Below, piece after piece: positions 38,789 to 48,946 of a stretch of DNA of 64,000 bases. Under the pieces are notes generated by a model. That model ran no database searches, was not told the origin of the DNA, and saw nothing but the letters and a program-made list of their open reading frames with translations. The translations under genes were made by a program, and so were the position numbers. Within the stretch, counting starts at the first letter, position 1; each line of letters opens with the position of its first letter. Origin of the DNA: Candidatus Undivivens industriae (GTDB lineage: Bacteria > Omnitrophota > Gorgyraeia > Gygaellales > Profunditerraquicolaceae); the NCBI GenBank assembly GCA_012514745.1, contig JAAYZR010000009.1, positions 10,045-74,044 of the forward strand, read 5' to 3'.

Positions 38789-40678
38789 ATGGCTAAAGTT
38801 ATAGGGATCGATTTAGGAACATCTAATTCTGCCGCCGCCGTTATGGAGAACGGCAGGCCGGTGATTGTCCCCTCGGCGGAAGGCGCGGGAGTCGCTTCCG
38901 GCAAGGCCTTTCCTTCCTGGGTGGCTTTTACCAAAGACGGTCAGAAGCTGGTAGGCGAGCCTGCCAGGCGCCAGGCGTCGATAAACCCGGAGGGGACGAT
39001 TTTCGCTGCCAAGCGTAAAATGGGGACCGATTTCAAATTCAAGGTAATGGATAAGGAATTCACCCCTCAGCAGGTTTCCGCTTTTATCCTGCAGAAGATA
39101 AAGCAGGACGCGGAGGCTTACCTGGGAGATAAAGTGGAGGAGGTGGTGATCACCTGCCCCGCGTATTTCAACGATAATCAGCGCACGGCTACCAAGGACG
39201 CCGGGGAGATCGCCGGCTTGAATGTGCTGCGCATTATCAATGAGCCTACCGCCGCTTGCTTGGCTTACGGCTTGGACAAGGTAGGGAAGGAATTGAAGAT
39301 CATGGTCTTCGATTTCGGCGGAGGGACGCTGGACGTTACCATTATGGAGATGTGGGCGGAAGGCGGATTCAAGGTCATGTCCACGAACGGCGACACCCAG
39401 TTGGGCGGCACGGATATGGATAACGTGTTGATAGAATACATAGCCGATCAATTCAAGAGAGAGACCGGTATAGACCTGCGCGGCGACAAGATGGCGATGC
39501 AAAGACTGCGCGAGGCGGCGGAAAAGGCCAAGGTGGAGCTTTCTTCCACCGTGCAGACGGACATCAATCTGCCGTTCATCACGGCCGACGCCTCAGGCCC
39601 CAAGCATCTGACGATGACGGTCACCCGGGCCAAGCTCGAGGACCTGATAGCGCCGATCATCGAGCGCTGCCGTAAGCCGATAGAGGAGGCTCTGAAGGAC
39701 GCGAAGCTGTCGGCCAATAATGTCGACCGCATCATCATGGTCGGCGGGCCCACCCGCATCCCGGCGGTCCAGAAATTCGTCGAGGATTTTGTGGGCAAGA
39801 AGATCGAACGCGGGGTGGACCCGATGGAATGCGTCGCGCTGGGCGCGGCCATTCAGGCCTCTATCATCAAGGGAGAGACCAAGGACGTGCTTCTTCTGGA
39901 TGTCACTCCGCTTTCTCTTGGTATCGAGACGCTGGGAGGCGTGAACACCAAGTTAATCGAGCGCAACACCACCATACCCTCTCGCAAGAGCCAGGTATTC
40001 TCTACCGCGGCGGATAACCAGACCGCGGTTACGGTGCGCGTCATACAGGGTGAGCGTCAGATAGCGGACGCCGAGGGTAACGTCGAGCTCGGCAGATTCG
40101 ACCTGATAGGGATACCTGCGGCTCCCAGAGGAGTTCCTCAGATAGAGGTCTCTTTCGACATAGACGCAAACGGTATCGTGCACGTCTCCGCCAAGGACCT
40201 CGGGACCGGGAAGGAACAGTCCATACGCATCACCGCTCCCAAGAAGCTCTCCAAGGAAGAGATAGAAAAAATGGTCAAGGAGGCGGAGAAATACGCTTCC
40301 GAGGACAGCAAGAAGAAGGAAGAGGTAGAGCTGATAAACCAGGCCGATGCCCTGGTTTATTCCACCGAGAAATCCCTTAAGGACTACGGCGACAAGATAA
40401 ACCAGCAGGAGCGGGCCGGTATAGAGACCGACCTGACCGACCTGAAACAGTCCATAAAGGACAAGAACGTCGATAAGATAAAGAAAGGGATGGAGGCGTT
40501 GACCAAGTCGGCGCATAAGCTCGCCGAGGAAGTCTATAAACAGGCGGCGGCCAAATCCCAGCAGTCCGCGGGAGAACAGGCGTCCGGCGGTGCCGGAACC
40601 GAGGGGCCCCGGGAGGAGCCGGATAAAGGTAAAGAGGAGGTCATCGACGCCGAGTATAAGGACGAGGACAAGAAATAA
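38789..40678 (+). CDS. dnaK: Chaperone DnaK
   Basis: [45 protein letters not shown]. Confidence 0.97.
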   Translation: MAKVIGIDLGTSNSAAAVMENGRPVIVPSAEGAGVASGKAFPSWVAFTKDGQKLVGEPARRQASINPEGTIFAAKRKMGTDFKFKVMDKEFTPQQVSAFILQKIKQDAEAYLGDKVEEVVITCPAYFNDNQRTATKDAGEIAGLNVLRIINEPTAACLAYGLDKVGKELKIMVFDFGGGTLDVTIMEMWAEGGFKVMSTNGDTQLGGTDMDNVLIEYIADQFKRETGIDLRGDKMAMQRLREAAEKAKVELSSTVQTDINLPFITADASGPKHLTMTVTRAKLEDLIAPIIERCRKPIEEALKDAKLSANNVDRIIMVGGPTRIPAVQKFVEDFVGKKIERGVDPMECVALGAAIQASIIKGETKDVLLLDVTPLSLGIETLGGVNTKLIERNTTIPSRKSQVFSTAADNQTAVTVRVIQGERQIADAEGNVELGRFDLIGIPAAPRGVPQIEVSFDIDANGIVHVSAKDLGTGKEQSIRITAPKKLSKEEIEKMVKEAEKYASEDSKKKEEVELINQADALVYSTEKSLKDYGDKINQQERAGIETDLTDLKQSIKDKNVDKIKKGMEALTKSAHKLAEEVYKQAAAKSQQSAGEQASGGAGTEGPREEPDKGKEEVIDAEYKDEDKK

Positions 40679-40713
40679 CAGCGATATTCCTTAGTGGTTT
40701 GATCAAAGGCAGC

Positions 40714-40795
40714 GGCTACGATGTCCGTTCCGTCGAGCGGCAAGGGTGGCGGTCTTAAAGTTACCTTAACCGCATTCGACACGGGCTTCGTAGCC
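40714..40795. other. 82-nt imperfect hairpin in dnaK-dnaJ spacer
   Basis: GGCTACGA/TCGTAGCC, GTCCGT/ACGGGC, GTCGA/TCGAC, GCGG/CCGC, AAGGGTGGC/GTTACCTT pairings. Confidence 0.7.
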
Positions 40796-40831
40796 TTAGC
40801 CGTTATAAACGCTATGGCGGAAGGCGGATAG

Positions 40832-41998
40832 ATGAGCAGTAAGAAGGATTACTACGAGATACTCGGGCTTAAAAAAGGCGCAGGGGTGGATGAGATCAGG
40901 AAGTCCTACCGGGAAGCGGCCATGCGCTGTCACCCGGACCGGGTCCCCGCCGACAAGAAGAAAGAGGCGGAGGAGAATTTCAAAGAGATATCCGAGGCCT
41001 ACGCGGTGCTTTCCGACCCGCAGAAGAAACAGCTTTACGACCAGTACGGACATTCGGGTATAGACCAGAATTACGCCTACGAAGATATCTTTAAGGGCGC
41101 TGATTTCAGCAGTATCTTCCGTGATATGGGCGGCGGCGACGCAGCCTACGGGGGGAACATTTTCGACAGCATCTTCAGCGACCTCGGTTTCGATATCTTC
41201 GGCGCCGGCGAAAGCCGCAGAGGCCGCAGCCGGCGGGGCCGCGACCTGGAGATAGCCGTGGCGGTTACCCTGGAAGAGGCGTATCACGGCGTCGAGAAAC
41301 GTATAAACGTGCCGCGTTATGAATCCTGCAGGACGTGTTCCGGCAGCGGAGCCAAGCCCGGCACCAAAAAAACGGCCTGCCCGCAGTGCAAGGGCAGCGG
41401 CAGGGTAGTGACCTCCAACGGATTCTTTCAGATGGCGCAGACCTGCCATAAATGCGGAGGGCAGGGCCAGATCATTCAGACCCCTTGCCCGGATTGCGGA
41501 GGCGAGGGCAGGGTAAAGATCACCAGGCATATAACGGTCAAGATCCCGCCCGGGGTGGACAACGGTTCCACCCTGCGCATAAAAGGGGAAGGAGAGGCCG
41601 GGCAGTCCGGCAGCGGAGACCTTTATGTGGTGACAGAGATGCTTCCGCATTCTCTGTTCAGCCGTAGAGGCGCGGACATACTCAGCGAAATCGGCATCAG
41701 CCTTCCCAAAGCGGTTCTCGGAGGGGAGGCGGAGATAGATACCTTGAGCGGCAAGGTAAAGATGAAGATACCCGCCGGCACGCAGAGCGGCAGGATATTC
41801 CGTCTTAAAGGCAAGGGTATGCCCGACGTGCACGGCCGCGGGATTACCGGCGATCACCTGGTAAAGGTGGACGTTGAGATACCGCGCAGCCTGAATTCCG
41901 AACAGCGCAGAGCGATGGAAGAGTTCGCCCGCGCCTCCGGTGAATCCGGAGATTCACGGGAAAGCTTTGTGGACAAGTTCAAAAAAAGTTTCAAATAA
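40832..41998 (+). CDS. dnaJ: Chaperone DnaJ
   Basis: HPD motif, four CxxCxGxG repeats. Confidence 0.97.
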   Translation: MSSKKDYYEILGLKKGAGVDEIRKSYREAAMRCHPDRVPADKKKEAEENFKEISEAYAVLSDPQKKQLYDQYGHSGIDQNYAYEDIFKGADFSSIFRDMGGGDAAYGGNIFDSIFSDLGFDIFGAGESRRGRSRRGRDLEIAVAVTLEEAYHGVEKRINVPRYESCRTCSGSGAKPGTKKTACPQCKGSGRVVTSNGFFQMAQTCHKCGGQGQIIQTPCPDCGGEGRVKITRHITVKIPPGVDNGSTLRIKGEGEAGQSGSGDLYVVTEMLPHSLFSRRGADILSEIGISLPKAVLGGEAEIDTLSGKVKMKIPAGTQSGRIFRLKGKGMPDVHGRGITGDHLVKVDVEIPRSLNSEQRRAMEEFARASGESGDSRESFVDKFKKSFK

Positions 41999-42046
41999 CG
42001 GGTCCGCGGTGAAAAACCGCGGTTACCCGAGTAACGGAGGTTGAAA

Positions 42047-42337
42047 ATGCCTACATACGATTATGAGTGTTCGGCCTGCGGCGCGGTCTTCGAGGCCTTC
42101 CAGAGCATGACCGCCGAACCGCTGCAGAAATGCGAAAAGTGCGGCGAGACCGGCAAGCTGCGCAGATTGATCGGGACCGGCGCCGGGATAATCTTCAAAG
42201 GGAGCGGTTTTTACGTCACCGATTACTGCCGCAAGCCCGCTGCGTGTTGTGAACAGTCCAAACCGGCAGACACCAAGGCAGGAAGCGCGTGTCCTTCCGC
42301 GGGCGATTGTTCCGGATGCAAGAAGGCCGATGAGTAA
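42047..42337 (+). CDS. FmdB family zinc-ribbon protein
   Basis: MPTYDYECSAC..CEKC..IFKGSGFY. Confidence 0.88.
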   Translation: MPTYDYECSACGAVFEAFQSMTAEPLQKCEKCGETGKLRRLIGTGAGIIFKGSGFYVTDYCRKPAACCEQSKPADTKAGSACPSAGDCSGCKKADE

Positions 42338-42683
42338 GCTCTTGCCATGGATCCCGGCGGCAGGGGTGATGGCCGTTGCTTTTATCCTCTCGAGCATTCC
42401 CGGCAGCGGCATACCTTATTTATTTTCCTTCCAAGATACGGCGGTTCATGTTATTATATATGCCGCACTCGGGTTCTTCGTTTACCCGGCGCTGCGCTCA
42501 AGCCTGCCTATGCTCACCGGCAGACAGGCGTTATTCTCGACGCTGGGATTTTGTGTATTGTACGGAATAAGCGACGAATTCCACCAGTCTTTTGTCCCCG
42601 GCCGCACCGCGTCCCTTTTTGACGTTATGATAAATTCAGCCGGAGGCTTCATAGGAGTTTTATTCCGGGGACACAATACTTAA
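42330..42683 (+). CDS. VanZ family protein
   Basis: D..H...Y, DEFHQSFVPGR.AS..D. Confidence 0.85.
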   Translation: MSKLLPWIPAAGVMAVAFILSSIPGSGIPYLFSFQDTAVHVIIYAALGFFVYPALRSSLPMLTGRQALFSTLGFCVLYGISDEFHQSFVPGRTASLFDVMINSAGGFIGVLFRGHNT

Positions 42684-42685
42684 TT
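42663..42685 (+). repeat. GGGGACAC motif copy 4
   Basis: TTCCGGGGACACAATACTTAATT supplies RGHNT* C-terminus. Confidence 0.85.
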
Positions 42686-42765
42686 CGGTCACGGCTACAG
42701 TAATCAACAAAGCTCAACCTACAGTAGAATTGCCCGGTTTAAAAGCCGGCTTTACCTTTAATAAA

Positions 42766-44040
42766 ATGACGAAAATAAGGCCTTTTCGCGCCGTGGTATA
42801 TAACCAGGAGAGAATAGCGGGTATCGACAGGGTCGTCTGTCCGCCTTACGACGTCATTTCCCCGGCGCAGCAGGAGAATTACCTGCGCCGCGATCCGTTC
42901 AATTTCATCCATATAATACTGGGTAAGGACGTTGGAGGAGAGAACAAATACCGCCGCGCGGCCGCTTATTTTAACGGATGGATTGACCAGGGGATATTGC
43001 GCCGGGACGATGAACCGGCTTTTTATTTCTACAGCCAGAAATACGAGGTGGACGGCAGTGTGATGCTGCGCACCGGTTTTATGGGGCTGCTGAAGCTTGA
43101 AGACAGGAATTGTTCCGTTTACGGACACGAACACACGCGTCTGGAGGCAAAAGAAGACAGGCTGAGGCTTATCAAAGAGGTAAAAGCGAACCTTAGCCCG
43201 ATCTTTGCGGTTTTCCCCGATAAAAAGAAGTTCATGCCGGCATTCGTGCGCAAATACGTTATTCCCCGCGATCCGGATGTCTTTTTCACGGACGACGCGG
43301 GTGTCGAACACAAGATGTGGCGGATCACCGACCCCGCGTTAGTGAAGATGGTGCAGGAGGCCTTAAGCGGAGAATGTATCTTTATTGCCGACGGACACCA
43401 CCGTTACGAAGTCTCCTGCGTTTACCGCAGGCAGATGAAGGAGAAGGCCGGCGGAAAAAAAGGTGAACAGAGCCGAGACTACACTCTGGCCTATTTTACC
43501 GGCGCCGATCCCCGCGGGTTGAGCATTCTTCCGATACACCGCCTGGTGAAAACATCCCTGCCGCAAGGCGAGAAGAAATTCCTGGAACAGCTTAAAGAAC
43601 ATTTCGAGGTCTCCGCTCCCATGGGCAAGGCCGGACTTTTCGCGGCCCTGCGTTCGGCGCCGTCTTGCACGCATGTTATAGGTATGTATATATCAGGCAA
43701 ATACCGTCTGCTGCGCCTGAAAGACAAGAAGGCGCTCGATAAACTCATGCCGGATAAACCCCGGGAGTACCGCCTGCTGGACGTTTCGATATTGAACCAG
43801 CTCGTTTTCCTCGGTATTCTCGGCCTGCGCCCGGAGTCGAAGGACGCGTTGAAATACTCCGAAGACCGCGAGGAGACGGTCAAGGCCGTGGACGCCGGAG
43901 AGGGGCGCATGGCGTTTTTCCTGCGTCCGGTAACAATGGAGCAGATAATCTCCGTGGCGTTGAAGGGAGAAAAGATGCCCGCGAAATCGACTTTTTTCTA
44001 CCCTAAACTGATCTCCGGCCTGGTCGTGCACAAACATTAA
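42766..44040 (+). CDS. DUF1015 family protein
   Basis: PPYDVIS, HEHT, IADGHHRY, MPAKSTFFYPK. Confidence 0.9.
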   Translation: MTKIRPFRAVVYNQERIAGIDRVVCPPYDVISPAQQENYLRRDPFNFIHIILGKDVGGENKYRRAAAYFNGWIDQGILRRDDEPAFYFYSQKYEVDGSVMLRTGFMGLLKLEDRNCSVYGHEHTRLEAKEDRLRLIKEVKANLSPIFAVFPDKKKFMPAFVRKYVIPRDPDVFFTDDAGVEHKMWRITDPALVKMVQEALSGECIFIADGHHRYEVSCVYRRQMKEKAGGKKGEQSRDYTLAYFTGADPRGLSILPIHRLVKTSLPQGEKKFLEQLKEHFEVSAPMGKAGLFAALRSAPSCTHVIGMYISGKYRLLRLKDKKALDKLMPDKPREYRLLDVSILNQLVFLGILGLRPESKDALKYSEDREETVKAVDAGEGRMAFFLRPVTMEQIISVALKGEKMPAKSTFFYPKLISGLVVHKH

Positions 44041-44049
44041 GGAAGATAT

Positions 44050-44901
44050 ATGTCTCTTTTCGGCAAGCCCAAATACACGGTAGTAAAGATAAAGAAAAAG
44101 GAGATACCGGACGGTCTCTGGACCAAGTGCGAGGAGTGCTTCGAGACCCTTTACAATAAGACCCTGGAGGAGAACCTGCGGGTCTGCCCGAAATGCAATT
44201 ACCATTTCACCCTGGACGCCGTCTCCAGGGTGAATCTGTTAATTGATAAGGATACCTTTAAGGAGTTCGACGCGGATATGCTCGCCGCGGACCCGCTGGA
44301 GTTTAAAGGCCCCAAGACTTACATTGAGAAGCTCGATCAGGACAGAAAAGCCACCAATCTAAAAGACGCGGTCGTCACCGGCGAGGGGCTGATTAACGGG
44401 CACAGGGCGGTGCTGGCGGTTACGGATTCTCGTTTCATAATGGGTTCGATGGGGTCTGTGGTGGGAGAGAAGATAACCCGCGCCGTGGAGTTCGCCACGG
44501 CCGGCCGGCTTCCGGTAATCATAGTCTCGGGTTCCGGCGGCGGGGCGAGGATGTATGAGGGGGTTTTGAGCCTTATGCAGATGGCCAAGACCTCGGCGGC
44601 CCTGGCGTATCATCACCGCGGCGGCCTGCCGTATCTTTCGGTGCTGACCAATCCGACCATGGCCGGTATAATGGCTTCTTTCGCCGCTCTGGGGGACATA
44701 ACCCTTGCCGAACCGAAAGCGCTGATCGGTTTCACCGGCCCGAGAGTCATCGAGCAGACCATAAGACAGAAGCTCCCCCCGGGATTCCAGCGCTCGGAAT
44801 TCCTCCAGGAACACGGGATGATAGACATCATCGTCAACCGCAAGAACATGAAGAACACCATAAGCTTGCTGCTTGACTATCTTGCGAACAAGGGTGTATA
44901 A
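44050..44901 (+). CDS. accD: Acetyl-CoA carboxylase carboxyltransferase beta subunit
   Basis: LWTKC..C...CPKC zinc site, GSMGSVVGEK, SLMQMAK, GPRVIEQT. Confidence 0.96.
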   Translation: MSLFGKPKYTVVKIKKKEIPDGLWTKCEECFETLYNKTLEENLRVCPKCNYHFTLDAVSRVNLLIDKDTFKEFDADMLAADPLEFKGPKTYIEKLDQDRKATNLKDAVVTGEGLINGHRAVLAVTDSRFIMGSMGSVVGEKITRAVEFATAGRLPVIIVSGSGGGARMYEGVLSLMQMAKTSAALAYHHRGGLPYLSVLTNPTMAGIMASFAALGDITLAEPKALIGFTGPRVIEQTIRQKLPPGFQRSEFLQEHGMIDIIVNRKNMKNTISLLLDYLANKGV

Positions 44902-44963
44902 TACACAATTTAAGGCTGTTTTCGGCATAAAAAATCCATTCAGATAATGCGGGAGAGACAGAC

Positions 44964-46067
44964 ATGGCACAGGTAAGCCTGAAGAATGTATCGAAGATAT
45001 ACAGTACCGGCGCGAAAGTGGTCAATAACGTAAACCTGGGAGTGGAAAACAAGGAATTTATGGTCTTGGTCGGGCCTTCCGGCTGCGGGAAATCCACCAC
45101 CCTAAGGATGATCGCGGGGCTCGAAGAGATAAGCGACGGCGACATCTATATAGGCAATAAACGCGTCAACGATGTTCCGGCCAAGGACCGCGACATAGCT
45201 ATGGTCTTTCAGAACTACGCACTTTATCCTCATATGACGGTTTTCGAGAATATGTCGTTCGGGCTGCGCCTGCGCCATTATCCTAAAACCGAGATCGCCC
45301 AGCGGGTTAACGAAGCGGCCGACATATTAGGCATAAAGCATCTTCTGGAGCGCAGGCCGAGGGAGCTTTCCGGCGGGGAGCGCCAGCGGGTGGCGCTGGG
45401 CAGGGCGATCGTGCGCAAGCCGATGGTCTTTCTTTTTGACGAGCCCTTAAGCAATCTCGACGCCAAACTGCGCGTGCAGATGCGCACCGAGATTCACAAA
45501 CTGTATATCCGTATCCAGACCACCATTATTTATGTCACGCACGACCAGACCGAGGCCATGACTATGGGCGACCGCATTGCCGTTATGAAAGGCGGGGTGA
45601 TCCAGCAGGTGGCCGATCCGATGACCATCTACGACAAGCCCAAGAACAAGTTCGTCGCCGGGTTTATCGGGATGCCCCCGATGAATTTCATGAACGGAAA
45701 AATAGTAAAAAAGGACGGCCGTCTTTATTTCGAGGAAGGGCGGGTCAAGGTCAAGATAGTGGATGAGATGACGGCCAAGCTGGCGCCTTACGCCGGCAAA
45801 GAGATCATTTTCGGCATCAGGTCCGAGGATATCTACGACAAGCTCTTCGCTTCCGACGCAGCCCCGGAGAACATCGTCAGGGTCAACTGCGAGGTGGTCG
45901 AGCCCATGGGTTCGGAGGTCTATCTTTATCTTAATACCGGAAAGCACACTTTCATCGCCCGGGTAGGGGCGCATGACCGTCCCAAGGTCAACCAGGACAT
46001 CGAGGTCGTCTTCGATATGAGCAAGGTGCATTTCTTCGATAAAGCGAGCGAAGAGACCATCGTTTAG
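44964..46067 (+). CDS. Sugar ABC transporter ATPase (MalK/UgpC/MsmX family), no permease nearby
   Basis: GPSGCGKS, FQNYALYPHM, LSGGERQR, DEPLSNLD. Confidence 0.93.
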   Translation: MAQVSLKNVSKIYSTGAKVVNNVNLGVENKEFMVLVGPSGCGKSTTLRMIAGLEEISDGDIYIGNKRVNDVPAKDRDIAMVFQNYALYPHMTVFENMSFGLRLRHYPKTEIAQRVNEAADILGIKHLLERRPRELSGGERQRVALGRAIVRKPMVFLFDEPLSNLDAKLRVQMRTEIHKLYIRIQTTIIYVTHDQTEAMTMGDRIAVMKGGVIQQVADPMTIYDKPKNKFVAGFIGMPPMNFMNGKIVKKDGRLYFEEGRVKVKIVDEMTAKLAPYAGKEIIFGIRSEDIYDKLFASDAAPENIVRVNCEVVEPMGSEVYLYLNTGKHTFIARVGAHDRPKVNQDIEVVFDMSKVHFFDKASEETIV

Positions 46068-46134
46068 AAGCAAAACAGGCTGTTTTTTTCGCCTGTTGAC
46101 TCCCGGCGCCGCTTTGCGCTATAATATAGGCACG

Positions 46135-47436
46135 ATGAGACCCGATAAAGTTTCCCGGGCAAAACCGCGCGGCGTTCCGCAGAGGCTGTTCCTTGCGGCC
46201 TCGGCAGGAGCCGTATTTCTTCTCCCCGCTTTTTTTCTCAAAGCGGTCCCGCCGTTCAGCCTCTTTTTATTCTATCTCGGATTCATTTCTTTTACCGTAT
46301 GGATTTTCGCGCGCTACAGTTCCGGGCTCAGAAAGATATCTTTCGACGCGGAGTGCCTGCAGGAGCGCATTAATCTCGCCGGAGATTCGGTCCGCAAGCA
46401 GAAGAGGGAAATAGAATCCGCGCGCGCCAGGTCTGTGCTCTACGGCGAGCTGAAAGAGATCGTCGAGAAGGTCAATAACGACCTCAGCCTGGATTCGGTG
46501 GCGCATAATCTTACCGGAGTGGTCTTCGACCTGATCGGCGGGAAGGCGGGCACCTGTTCCTTATATTTAGCCGATCCCTACAGCCGCAGGCTCACCCTTT
46601 TTAAAACCCGCAAAGAGGACAAAAAAAGCGTGGTCAAGGACAAGGAGGGCGACATATTCGATCTCTGGGTGATGCGGCATTCCGGCAACCTGCTGGTCGA
46701 AGACACGCGCAGCGATTTCCGTTTCGACCTGGAAAAGGCCGCGGATGCCGGCTCCAGGCCGGTGCGTTCCCTGATAAGCGCTCCTCTGGCAAGCGCTGAT
46801 TCTTTTCTGGGGTTACTGCGGCTGGACAACCAGCGTCCGGGCGCTTATACCCAGGAGGACCTGCGTTTCCTTTCCGTTATCTGCGGCATAGGCGCGGTCG
46901 CCCTGGAGAACAGCATGCTTTTCCAACGTACCAAGGAATTCGCCATACACGACGGGCTTACCGGGCTTTATACCAAAGGTTACCTGATCGAGCGTCTGCG
47001 GGAGGAGATCCGCAGGAGCGTGCGCCGCAAGAACAGTTATTTCTCCCTGTTGATGGTGGATATCGACCATTTCAAGCAGTATAACGATAATTTCGGTCAC
47101 ATCGCCGGCGACATAGTGCTCAAGAACTTGAGCCGGCTGCTGACCGATTCGCTGGGGGAGTTCAGCCCGGTGATAAGCAGGTTCGGCGGAGAAGAATTCT
47201 GCGTGATACTTCCGGACACGGACAAGAAGAAAGGGGCGCGTCTTGCCGAAGAACTGCGTTCCGTGGTCGCGGCTTCCAGGATAAGCCTGCGTCAGCAGCA
47301 GGAAAAGATGACGGTATCGATAGGAGTTTCGGCTTTTCCTACCGACGCCGGTTACGAGGATGAGCTGATCATAAAGGCTGATAAGGCGATGTATGCGGCC
47401 AAGAACGGCGGCAGGAACAGGGTGGTGATTGCGTGA
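46135..47436 (+). CDS. Membrane-anchored GAF-GGDEF diguanylate cyclase
   Basis: 2 TM, GAF-like domain, DIDHFK, GGEEF; promoter TTGACT-N18-TATAAT at 46096. Confidence 0.9.
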   Translation: MRPDKVSRAKPRGVPQRLFLAASAGAVFLLPAFFLKAVPPFSLFLFYLGFISFTVWIFARYSSGLRKISFDAECLQERINLAGDSVRKQKREIESARARSVLYGELKEIVEKVNNDLSLDSVAHNLTGVVFDLIGGKAGTCSLYLADPYSRRLTLFKTRKEDKKSVVKDKEGDIFDLWVMRHSGNLLVEDTRSDFRFDLEKAADAGSRPVRSLISAPLASADSFLGLLRLDNQRPGAYTQEDLRFLSVICGIGAVALENSMLFQRTKEFAIHDGLTGLYTKGYLIERLREEIRRSVRRKNSYFSLLMVDIDHFKQYNDNFGHIAGDIVLKNLSRLLTDSLGEFSPVISRFGGEEFCVILPDTDKKKGARLAEELRSVVAASRISLRQQQEKMTVSIGVSAFPTDAGYEDELIIKADKAMYAAKNGGRNRVVIA

Positions 47437-48440
47437 AAGGCGGCGCTATGATCTGGTTTGTGCTTCTTTTGTCCCTGACGGTCTATGCAGAGGTCCTGCG
47501 CAGATTGCTGGGTTTACTGTTGAAACGCCGGCAAGATGAAGTGCCGCTTTTGCGCCGCGAGCTGGAGAAACTTAACGAGGAGGATGCCGCGCTGCGTTCA
47601 GTCCTTGAGGAAGAGAAGGGAAAACTCTCCAGGACCGCGGCCATTTACGAACTGACCGGAGAGGTTTGCAAGTCTCTTGAAGAAGATAAACTGGCGGCGG
47701 TCTTCCGGGAGCAAGCGGTTAAATACTTCGGCGGTGAAGTGCATTGCGGTTTTTTCCGGCAGGAGCAGATACCCGAAAAGCGCCGGGAAGGGGAGTATTT
47801 CTTTCCGCTTTCCATCGACGAGAAGATGTTCGGGTACCTCGGAGTATATGGCTTGAGGATGGAGGATAAAGAACAATTCCAGATATTCGGCCAGCAGTTC
47901 ATCCTTGGACTGAAACGCGCGGAATTGTTCAAACGGGTGCAGACCCTGGCGGTCACCGATTCACTGACCAGCGCCTTCAGCCGCCGCTATTGGGCGGAAC
48001 GCTTCCGCGAGGAGATACTCCGTTCGAAGCGTTTCAACTACCGGTTCTCTTTCCTGATGATAGATATCGACCATTTTAAGTTCTACAACGACCATTACGG
48101 GCATCTGGTGGGGGATGTCATCCTGAAAGAAACCGCGGCCATTATCAGGGAGAATATCCGCCAGATAGATCTGCTCGGCAGATACGGCGGGGAGGAGTTT
48201 TCCCTTATTCTTACCGAGACAGACAAGGCGGGAGCGCTTTTCGCCGCCGAACGTATCAGGCACGCGGTCGAATCCAGGCAGATCAAGGCTTACGACGAAG
48301 ATCTGCGCATAACCATCAGCATCGGCGTGGCGACCTTCCCGCAGGACGCCTGCGAGATGGAGAGCCTGGTGGACAGCGCCGACAAATTCCTTTATATGGC
48401 GAAGCACGGCGGACGTAACCGCGTCTGCTCCGCCTCCTGA
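47433..48440 (+). CDS. GGDEF diguanylate cyclase
   Basis: DIDHFK, RQID I-site, GGEEF. Confidence 0.9.
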   Translation: MKGGAMIWFVLLLSLTVYAEVLRRLLGLLLKRRQDEVPLLRRELEKLNEEDAALRSVLEEEKGKLSRTAAIYELTGEVCKSLEEDKLAAVFREQAVKYFGGEVHCGFFRQEQIPEKRREGEYFFPLSIDEKMFGYLGVYGLRMEDKEQFQIFGQQFILGLKRAELFKRVQTLAVTDSLTSAFSRRYWAERFREEILRSKRFNYRFSFLMIDIDHFKFYNDHYGHLVGDVILKETAAIIRENIRQIDLLGRYGGEEFSLILTETDKAGALFAAERIRHAVESRQIKAYDEDLRITISIGVATFPQDACEMESLVDSADKFLYMAKHGGRNRVCSAS

Positions 48441-48946
48441 CGCCCCGTTTTTCGGCCCTCTTTTAGGAACTTTCCCGCGAATACGATTGTTCATCATCCG
48501 GCGGCATCAAAGAGGCCGCGCTCGGTGCTTATCGCGGGGCCCTCGACGGTCTTGCCGAAGGAAGCATTTTTTTATCAAGGATAAAAGCCGGGGCCCGGGA
48601 AAATAAAAGCGGCGGGCTCATCCTTGAAAGAACTGTGGGCATTTCTTCAAATCCGGCTTTCTAAATCCCGTCTCAGATGCTATAATCATAAAATCGCCGG
48701 AGGACATACTGCGGTAAGTCCCCGCACCGGTGTTGTCCTGGACCGATCCCTCGATACGGCAAAAAAAAGTCTCAGCTTGCCCGGAAGGCACACCTGGGAA
48801 GATATTTATTCCCGCTTAAAAGCGCGAATAAACAGGCTTACTGCCAGGTATTATCAAAGGATCAGCTCGCGAAGCTTCATTTGCGAATCCCCGGTTTTTA
48901 CGAATTCAAACGAATGCGGGTAGAAAGGGGGCTTGTTCACTCGTTT

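Noticed and set aside
48441-48946. SAM/cobalamin riboswitch, SRP RNA or the 99-aa ORF upstream of the radical SAM cluster
   Set aside because: Only short chance matches (TTATCAAG, GAAGGAAGCA); conserved cores absent; ORF lacks RBS and motifs.
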